Shown here: positions 19,735 through 27,612 of the stretch, one piece after another
How positions within the stretch are numbered: position 1 is the first letter of the stretch
Layout of the letters: every line of letters starts with the position of its first letter
DNA from: an uncultured Chloroflexia bacterium
Lineage (GTDB): Bacteria > Chloroflexota > Limnocylindria > Limnocylindrales > CSP1-4
Length of the DNA stretch: 64,000 nucleotides
NCBI GenBank assembly: GCA_963828165.1
Contig: CAWHDR010000001.1
Span: 1,344,001 to 1,408,000, forward strand
Direction: 5' to 3'
Translations under genes and position numbers: made by a program
Notes under the pieces: model-generated
Told to the model about the DNA's origin: nothing
Database searches by the model: none
The model's input: the letters and a program-made list of their open reading frames with translations, nothing else

Positions 19735-21921
19735 TCAGGCCTCGCGCACCGCCGGCACGAACAGGCCCACGAGCCCGGTGAACATCGTCAGCAGCCCGAA
19801 GGCCACCAGGACGATGGTGACCCCGACCACCTCCGTGAGGACTCCGCCGACCGCCATGGCGAACGTCATCGATCCGAACACCAGCGCACTCCGGAAGCCA
19901 GCCACGCGGCCCAGGAGCTCCTGCGGCGTCCGTTCCTGGAACAGCGTCTGGCTCGGGATCAGGAAGACCATGTTGGCGATGCCGGCCCCGAACGCGAAGC
20001 CGAGCACAAGCACGAGGTTGCCACTCAACGCGAGCAGGGTGATGAGGAGGCCGAAGAACGCGTAGCCCGCGATGATCATGTGGCCTTTGGCGAACCGCAT
20101 GCCGATGAGGCCGATGACGAAGCCGCCCAGCAGGTTGCCGGCACCCTGGCCGGTCTCGATGAAGGCGTAGACGGCCTCCCATCCGAGCGGGCCTTCGCCG
20201 AACATCTCCCTGGCGAAGACCGGTGTCAACGCGAGCAAGACGCCGACCGTCAACTGGGCGACAGCCGCCTGGATGGTGTTGGCCAACAGCACGGGTTCCC
20301 CGCGGAGGAATCGCCAGCCGGCCTTCATCTCGCCGAAGAACCCGGGGGCGTCGTCGACGGCGGCGGCCGCGACCGGCATGGCGACCGGCTCGGGGCCTGG
20401 CGCGTCGAGGACCGACTGGACGTCACGGACCATCGAGTCGATGGGCTTGTCGTCAGCGGCGACCTCGGTCGCTTCGTCCGTGGCCCCCGCGTGGCTTCGG
20501 GCGTGGACCACGATCGTGCCCAGGAGGATCGCGGAAGCCGCGTAGGTTGCCGCGTCCAGCCAGAACGCGATCGGCAATGCCGGGCCCAGGGCGGCGACGA
20601 AGAGGCCCGCCAGGGGATAGCCGATGACGTCGGCCAGGGTCTCGCCGACCCACAGGGCCGAGTTCGCCGTCAGGAGCTCGTCCGGGCGGACGATCTGCGG
20701 CAGGATCGCGATGCGCGCCGGGCGGAAGAAGATCGAGATCGTGGTCAGCACGAAGACCAGCGGGTAGACGAGGATGATATTCGTCACGATGGCTATCGGG
20801 ATCAACAGCACGGTCGCCGCGCGCAGAAGGTCGCTCACGACGAGGACGTCCTTATGGTCCCAGCGATCGACGAGGGTACCGGCGATCGGGCTGAACAGGA
20901 GGTTCGGAAGGGTCGCCGTGACGAACACCAGGGCCGTCGCGAGCGCCGATCCCGTCGTGACCAGCACGGCCGCCGCCAGCGCGAGCTGATGGATCCGATC
21001 GCCGAACAGCGAGATCAGCTGTCCGGCCCACAACGAGGTGAATGAACCGTTGAGCCCGAGGCGGACATACGGGTGCGCGCGGACGCGCTCCAGCACCTCG
21101 GGAGAGGGGAACGGAAGGGTGATGGTCGGGGTGGCGCTCGACTCTGCGCGCTCGATGTAGGCGCCCGGCAGCGGCGCCAGGGCCGGCGCCGCAAGTCCCG
21201 GTGCCGAGCCGCCGAGCATCCTGGGTCGTTGCAGCCCGGCCGTTCCCCGCAGCGACGGCGTCAAGCCGGTCTCGGCGGGGACGCCACGACCCGTGCCCTG
21301 CCTCGGGAGGCGAGCCGTCCCGGCCAGGCCGGCGAGCCGCTCGTAGACCGCGGCCTCCTCGCGCTCCTCGACCTTCGTCGGGACACGGACGACAGCGGCG
21401 AACAGGAAGAACGCCAGGCCGGCGGTGAGGAACAGGTCGCCGAGCGAGGCGACGTTCTGGATGATCGGGATCGGGATCGGGATGATGTCGCCGAGGACCA
21501 GCGCCCGCAGGAAGAAATCGGAGGCCTCGCCCGGCACGATGATGTGCAGCGCGCTCGTCACGTCCTGGGGAGTGAGCCCGGCGGCGTCCAGGCTGGTAGC
21601 CCAGATCGGCATGTAGCCGCCATTGAGCACGATGACCATCCCGTTGAGCAGCACGCCGACGAACGTGACGCTGAGCCCCGGGTAGAACCGGTTGACCCAC
21701 AGGCCGATCAGGAGGAGAACGAACCCGGTCGCGAGTAGGGGGGCGCGCAGCATGTCGACGACGTCGACGCCCGCGTTCAGCAGGGCCTCCGTCCCGAATC
21801 GGACGATGACGGCCGCGACGAGCAGCAGCGGCCAGCGCAGCTGGATGTTGCCGAGATTGTCCAGGCGCCCACCCGCCCGGAGGCCGAGTAGCAGACCGAG
21901 AAGGATCCCCGCGATCAGCAC
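19735..21921 (-). CDS. DUF5317-MFS transporter fusion protein
   Basis: N-terminal ~180 aa has the DUF5317 pattern (GG.L.NL...LRW, N...PG, NGG.MP, LGDII, SLGD). A ~100-aa linker follows, then a DHA3/MFS_3-like permease (LWAGQLISLFGD, GTLVDRWD). Single uninterrupted 728-aa ORF. Confidence 0.85.
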   Translation of the reverse strand: MLIAGILLGLLLGLRAGGRLDNLGNIQLRWPLLLVAAVIVRFGTEALLNAGVDVVDMLRAPLLATGFVLLLIGLWVNRFYPGLSVTFVGVLLNGMVIVLNGGYMPIWATSLDAAGLTPQDVTSALHIIVPGEASDFFLRALVLGDIIPIPIPIIQNVASLGDLFLTAGLAFFLFAAVVRVPTKVEEREEAAVYERLAGLAGTARLPRQGTGRGVPAETGLTPSLRGTAGLQRPRMLGGSAPGLAAPALAPLPGAYIERAESSATPTITLPFPSPEVLERVRAHPYVRLGLNGSFTSLWAGQLISLFGDRIHQLALAAAVLVTTGSALATALVFVTATLPNLLFSPIAGTLVDRWDHKDVLVVSDLLRAATVLLIPIAIVTNIILVYPLVFVLTTISIFFRPARIAILPQIVRPDELLTANSALWVGETLADVIGYPLAGLFVAALGPALPIAFWLDAATYAASAILLGTIVVHARSHAGATDEATEVAADDKPIDSMVRDVQSVLDAPGPEPVAMPVAAAAVDDAPGFFGEMKAGWRFLRGEPVLLANTIQAAVAQLTVGVLLALTPVFAREMFGEGPLGWEAVYAFIETGQGAGNLLGGFVIGLIGMRFAKGHMIIAGYAFFGLLITLLALSGNLVLVLGFAFGAGIANMVFLIPSQTLFQERTPQELLGRVAGFRSALVFGSMTFAMAVGGVLTEVVGVTIVLVAFGLLTMFTGLVGLFVPAVREA

Positions 21922-22000
21922 GGGATCATGATGCTGGAGCGGGGGGTGCCGGCGTCAGGAGGAAACCGCGCGATGCAGCGCGATCGCACCGGACCCCGGA

Positions 22001-23414
22001 TCAGACGCGCTCGGTCGCAGACTTGGCGGTCTGGGTCGCCTCGACCGGGGTGGAGCTGGCCATCCGGGCCGCCGCCTGGCCGATGAGGGGGATCGGCTTC
22101 GGCTGGAACGTGCCGCCCGGGTCGACGACTCCTTCGACCCAGTGCGTCTTGACGAAGGCGTCGACGACAACGGGGTCGAACTGGATGCCCGCGAACTTGC
22201 GCAGCTCGCCGAGGGCCTGTTCCAGTGTCAAGGGGGTCATGCGATACGGGCGCGCGGCGGTCATGGCCTCGAAGGCGTCCGCCACATGGAGGATCCGAGC
22301 GAGTTTCGGGATTTCGTCACCGATCAGTCGGTCCGGATAACCCGAGCCGTTGTACCACTCGTGGTGGTGCCGGATGATCGGCAGCTCGGGGGCCAGCTTG
22401 GTGACCGGCGCGATGATCTGCGCGCCAAGCACTGGGTGCGAATTCATGACCATGCGCTCGTCCCTGGTCAGCCGTTCTGCCTTCTTGAGGACGCTGTCCG
22501 GCACGCCGATCTTTCCGACATCGTGGAGCAGGCCGCCCCATTCGAGGGCCTCGAGCTCAGCGTCGCCGACCCGCATGACGCGCCCGATATCTACGGAAAT
22601 CTCTTTCACCCGGACGGAGTGCTTCGAGGTGTACGGATCGCGCTTGTCGACGGCCTCCGCCAACGCTCCGATCGTCTGCGTGAACATGTCGCGCATCTCG
22701 ACGAAGCGCTCGTACCTAGGCGCGTGGTGTACAGCGGGAGCTGCAAACAACGCCGTAGCCCACCAATGGACAGTTCGTAAACAAGGGCCATCAGCCACGC
22801 CAATGGGGCGAGAGCGAGATCACGGCGCTCGAGATGCCTCGCGAGTCACCTATCAAGACGCCTAGTACTGTTCTGCCCAGTGCGCAACCAAGCGAGCAGA
22901 TTGAGGTCAACAGCGAAGTTGGAAGACATGAAAAGGCGGCCGCGACCATTGCAGTGACGAACTCAGCAACGGGGCCGCCCCAGATCAACATGAGTCCCTC
23001 GCGGAGCGTTCCCGCTAGGACCGCCGGGATGACCAACCCAGCGTGATTGGAAAGAGTGCCGTACCAGGGAATGCGCCCGCGAATCTCGCGAATCTCGGTT
23101 GTGCCCACCGCGGCGACCCACACGCCAACGGCCGGCCCCCCAAGGACATCGACGGCCATGATCGGTGCGACCGCGACCGCTTACGTGCGTCCCTCGTGGC
23201 AGCCGGACAGGAAATGCAGACGCCAATGAGCGTGAGAATCGTCCAGAACGCCACACCCAGCAAATACTCAAGTTCCGTTGGGTCTGATGGGGGCGTTGAC
23301 GTCGAGCCGAGCCGCGATCCCATGATCGGGCGGGAAAACGAGTGTCGTGGCAATCAGTGCAAGCGCACCACGGCCACGACACCGTGCGATATAGAGCTTG
23401 AGAGACTTCGGCAT
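22001..23414 (-). CDS. HD-GYP cyclic-dinucleotide phosphodiesterase with N-terminal multi-TM sensor; 5' half frameshifted
   Basis: LLHDVGK, HHHEWYNGSGYP, ADAFEAMT..RPYR and QFDP are intact. Start MPKSLKLYI at 23414; TM fragments in ORFs 23015..23353, 22791..23159 and 22606..22803. Confidence 0.9.
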
Positions 23415-23486
23415 TCTTAGGCCTGTGCGGTCAGCATCCTGATGACTGTAGCGCCTAGTTGGCGGAACAGTCATGGGCTGTCGGTA

Positions 23487-23577
23487 CTAAAAGCCCTTGA
23501 GCGATGCTCCTCCAGCAAGCGCGATCAGTCCCGACGCTTGTGAGCGTCATCGCGATGCGCATGAATCGGGCTTTCAT
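23487..23577 (-). CDS. Putative ~29-aa peptide precursor MKARFMRIAMTLTSVGLIALAGGASLKGF (after removing one base near 23530)
   Basis: ATG 23577 to TAG 23487 spans 91 nt. The first 16 codons and the last 13 codons plus stop lie in frames one base apart. The corrected product has a basic N-region, hydrophobic core and short tail. Not in the ORF track. Confidence 0.65.
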
Positions 23578-23660
23578 GTGAGTGGTACCTACCAGCCCTT
23601 ATGCGGAGCTATTGGGAGCCACGCTCGTTCCTCCTTTGCGGCCCTCGCATCCCTGGGGGA

Positions 23661-23695
23661 ACACGAAAACCGACCTGACTCTTGGTCGGTCGGTT
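23661..23695 (-). terminator. Intrinsic terminator / riboswitch expression platform
   Basis: Minus strand ACCGACC-aagagtca-GGTCGGT followed by TTTCGTGTT. The 3' arm can alternatively pair with AACCGACC at the aptamer 3' end. Confidence 0.65.
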
Positions 23696-23760
23696 GCACT
23701 AATCGCTCTGCCTCACCCCAAGTGCCCATTTCAGGTGTGGCTTCTGCGCGTCCGAGCGTA
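23685..23760 (-). ncRNA. c-di-GMP-II-like riboswitch aptamer
   Basis: Minus strand cggacgcgcaGAAGccacacctgaaaTGGGCACTTggggtgaggcaGAGcgattAGTGCAACCga carries the class II hallmarks: GAAG, UGGGCACUU, GAG, AGUGCAACC and the GCACU/AGUGC pseudoknot. It lies upstream of an HD-GYP gene. Confidence 0.8.
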
Positions 23761-23803
23761 TTTGCCTTGCTTCCTAGTACTGGGGTACTAGCAAGTAACC
23801 GGG

Positions 23804-23833
23804 ACCTTAAGGATGTCGTACCTGTACGGTCAA
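23804..23833 (-). promoter_or_regulatory. Putative sigma70-type promoter for the riboswitch-peptide-HD-GYP unit
   Basis: TTGACC (23833-23828), 18-nt spacer, TAAGGT (23809-23804). Confidence 0.5.
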
Positions 23834-23853
23834 TACGGCACCTTACCTATCCG

Positions 23854-26800
23854 CTACAGCGAATCAAGCGAAGGGGTTCGACGCCGAGCTCCTCGCGCAT
23901 GAACGTGGCGTAATGGGCATATTGCTCAGCTGCCGCCGCATGGGCTCCGCTCACGCGATACAGGCGGAGCAATGAAACCTCGATCTGTTCGGCCGTTTCA
24001 TCCACATCTAGTGCGCGCCTCGCGATGCGGATGCCACGGTCGTAGTGACCCGAGGTGAAGTCGTCGAGGACTGACCGCTCGACGATTTCCAGATAGGTCG
24101 CGTGGAGCGAGTCGCGATATGCACTGGCCCATTCCTCGTACTCGAAGTCGAGTGCGAAATCGCCCGCGGTAAAGAGGCGTGAGCCGCTCCACGTCGTCGG
24201 GGCTGGGATGCGGCGGCAAGTCGCGGACCACTCGCCGGCAATCGACGCTCCTGGCGGTAACGAGCTCTGGATCCAGCCAGATCACGTCGGAGTCGTGGTG
24301 GACGTACCCGGGCGACAGGTCTTCCGAGTACTGCTCTTCGAACACGCGTCGCAGGAAGTACAGCGTTTGATTGAGCGAGTTGATCGCGATCTCCGGGTCC
24401 AATTCTGGCCACAGAGCATCAAGAACCTGGTCCCGCGTCGCGGACATCTCGGGCTTGTGATAGTAGGAAGCACAGAAGCGCGAGGACCTTTCTCCGCACG
24501 GAAGTCCCGGCGATGTCGCGCTCGCCTACACTGAGGCTTACTCTGCCTTGGTCCTCGATCTTGGACCCGAGGCGCGAGTCTCGCGCGAGCGATCGGCCGA
24601 GGTTCGCTGCCTCTCTTGTCCGCCCGCTAGATTTTGCGAACCGTCGAAGCCGAGGGATGTCGGAATTATCGCCGATCTCCTCGAGCAGACTAGCTGCTGC
24701 GACGTTCATCGATCCCTCGTTCGGGAGATAGCGATTCGCGTAAAGCTCGTCTGCCATCTCTCAGGGTGCATAGCGGCGGCATGCGCTACAGAGGTCTTGC
24801 GACTCGGAACTTAAAGACGCGAGTCGAGATCGCCAGGAGGTCCGCCAGAAACGTCAGGTGCCATGGATGAGAAGTGCCAATGGTGCGGATGGCATCATCC
24901 AGCGCTTCGCGGCCAGAGGCTATACCCACCGAGCAGTTCTCCGACGCGACGCATCGAATCGGCGCCTTGCGCGGCCGCCTGTGCGGTGGCCCGTCCAGCC
25001 GAACTCCCAGCGTCCTGATCGCCTCGGGCAACTTTGAGGTAAGCGTGAGTGACGGCAAGAAATGCGTCCTGAGCAACCACCGTTGGCAGTCCGGCTGGAT
25101 AGTCGGCCAAGGCTTCTGCGGCTTCATCGAACCGCCTCTGCCTCAAGTACAGCTTTGCCCTTGTTAGGGCCAGCAGCCGCCGATCGGCCCTTGTGATCGT
25201 CGACTGATGCCCAACTCGGTCAAGGATCGCCAATGCGGACGCGCGCGACGCGAATGTGTCCAGAATTTCGGCTGCCTCCGCATATGTCTCGTTGTGTAAG
25301 TGGCCCGCCTCAGCATCCAGAAGGGAATCGATCAACTCCCTTGCTTGTTGGATGCTGCCGAGCCTCGCGAGAATCTGGGCCTTCGCCATCGTCGCCGAAG
25401 CGAGCTCCATCAGGCCCGAAGCAGCTCTCGAATGCGTCCAGCGCTTCCTCAACTTCCCGTCGCCGCATCCTGAAGTCGATCCTGGATGATGGAGTTGTAG
25501 GCCAAGTTGGCCATCGTGACTGCGAAATGGTGCGGGCGGTCCGTCCTCTGGTCGCGCGCCATGGCGCGGAGCCGCCGATTGATCGCATCGATGTCAGATG
25601 CCGTCCTCGCGTGAAGGATCGCAACCGTGACCTCCGCGATCGAACCGAAGATTTGGTCTGTGGTGTCCGTGAGTCTTTCTGCCAGGATCAACGCTCGGTC
25701 GCCATCGCCGGAGTTGAAGTACAGCGTCACCAAGTTCAACAGCGCGTGGTCGCGCTGGACCGGGTCGGTCGTTGGCGAGTCGAGGACGGCCTGTGATGCG
25801 GCGATCGCGGCTTGGTAGTCGCCGTGCTGCATATCGACGCGGCTGAGGATGAGGTCGAAGCCGGGTGGACGCAGTTCGGCAGGGATCGGTCCGATGAACG
25901 TTTCGGCGAGGGCGTATTGGCCCTTCCCCATGATCGTCGGGATCGCTTCGCCGACCACCTTCAGGACCGCGTCCGTGTCGCCCGCCTCGCGGTAGTGGTA
26001 CGCGGCGATCCGCCAGTCCGTGACCGCGGCGGCCGCCGCCGTCCGCCGATGCAGGTCGGCGACCGCGGCCGCTCCGTCCGTGGTGCGAAGCCGGGCCTCG
26101 AGGAACTCGCGCACGAGCGGGTGATACCGCTGGTGCGTCCTTGGCCCACCCGACAGACGGCTCAGGAGTGTCAGTCGCTCCGCGGCTGCCGTGAGTCGCG
26201 CGACCTCAGCCGGTTCGCGATTCGATACGACCTCTGCGAGATCAGGTGTGACGACCTGGAGGATCGACGTTTCCATGAGGAAGCGCTGCAGGTCGTCGTC
26301 GAGATCGCCGACGACTTCCTCGGCCAGGTAGTCGTACATCTCGTGGTCTGCGCCGTTGAGGCTCCGAACGAATCGACGGATCTCCGAAGGGGTGCGGTCA
26401 CGTAGTGCTGCCTGGACGAGCTGCAACGACGCGATCCACCCCTCGGTCCGAACCGCCAGATCCGCCAGGACGTCGGCGTCCAGGCGCCGTCCGTACGTCT
26501 CCGTGAACAGCTGTGCGGTCTCGGATGGGTCGAATCGAAGCTCGCCCGTCCCGAGCTCCGCCACTTCACCGACCGCTCGCAGCCTGGCCAACGGCACCGA
26601 CGGTTGCCGGCGGCTCGCGAACACGATGGTCAGGCGCTCAGGCGCCCGCGCGAGGAGCTCGCGGGTGATATGCCGCACATCGGCTGCGTCATCAACCAGG
26701 TGGAAGTCGTCCAGGATCAAGACCGCGCCATTCGCCGTGATCGTCGGCAGCTCGCGGATGAAGCTGTCGAGCACGACCTCCCGCCCGGGACCGCTCGCGG

Positions 26801-27323
26801 CGATCTCAGACAGCAAGCCGACGGTCGCCGGCGCAAATGTCGGATCGTGCTCCCGGCCCGCGGCGACGAGATGGTGCAGGAACGAGACCCAATCGCGATC
26901 GTCATCGTCCAGCCGGTACCACAGGGTCCGCATCCGGGACCGACGCGAGAAATCGGCCAGGAGGGTCGTCTTGCCGTATCCGGCATCGGCGAGCACGAGG
27001 ACGACGCGCCCGTGCACCTTCGCGTGCAGCCAATCCAGCAGCCGCGGCCGTTCGAGGGTTTGATCGCGCAGTGCGGGACGCTGGACCTTTGCCAGCTGGA
27101 TGGGGAAGCCGTTGACTTCGTCGCGCAGCGGGCCGCTCCTGGGTTGGGCGGGATCCGGCCCCCGCCCGGGACCTACGGGGATCGGCGACCGCTCCGGTAC
27201 GGGGCGCAGGGATGGGCGAGTCTCGGGCCGGCCGAACGATAGAGACCGTTCATGTGGGGTGTCAACGACCGGATCCGGGGGATGGAGGTGCCGCATGCGC
27301 GCATGGTGGCGCGCGACGCTCAA
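23854..27323 (-). CDS. Large MalT-like STAND ATPase / TPR regulator with C-terminal winged-helix + BTAD (SARP-type); 3' part frameshifted
   Basis: AKVQRP..R.RL, ADAGYGKTTLL, LILDDFH, TEGW, YDYLAEEV and RYHPLVREFL. C-terminal fragments RRKVLALLCFLL, TRDQVLDALWP, LNQTLYFLRR and ELGVEP. Start uncertain. Confidence 0.85.
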
Positions 27324-27341
27324 CCCGCGATTAGCTGCGAG

Positions 27342-27545
27342 TCAGCCCTCGTACTCGAAGCCGATCTTGACCTCGACGCGGTATTCGACGATCTCGCCGT
27401 CCGCGACGACGGCGCTCGATTTCACGACCTCGACCGTCTGGATATTGCGCACGGTCTTCGAGGCGGTCGCGACGGCCTGACGGGCGGCGTCGCTCCACGA
27501 TTTGGGGCTGGTCCCGACCATCTCGCGGATGATGATGACGCCCAC
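27342..27545 (-). CDS. Dodecin family flavin-binding protein
   Basis: EMVGTS..SW.DA...AV..ASKTVRNI...EV......DG.I.EYRV..KIGF; GGAG upstream. Confidence 0.9.
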   Translation of the reverse strand: MGVIIIREMVGTSPKSWSDAARQAVATASKTVRNIQTVEVVKSSAVVADGEIVEYRVEVKIGFEYEG

Positions 27546-27612
27546 GGGTGCTCCTCCTGGTCGGTCGGCTTCGGGGCGCTCATCATGCCACGAGCCGGCC
27601 CGTCGGCCAGCG

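Noticed and set aside
23497-23913. Plus-strand ORFs of 138 aa and 69 aa over the leader region
   Set aside because: Atypical composition; the region is better explained by the minus-strand promoter, riboswitch and peptide.
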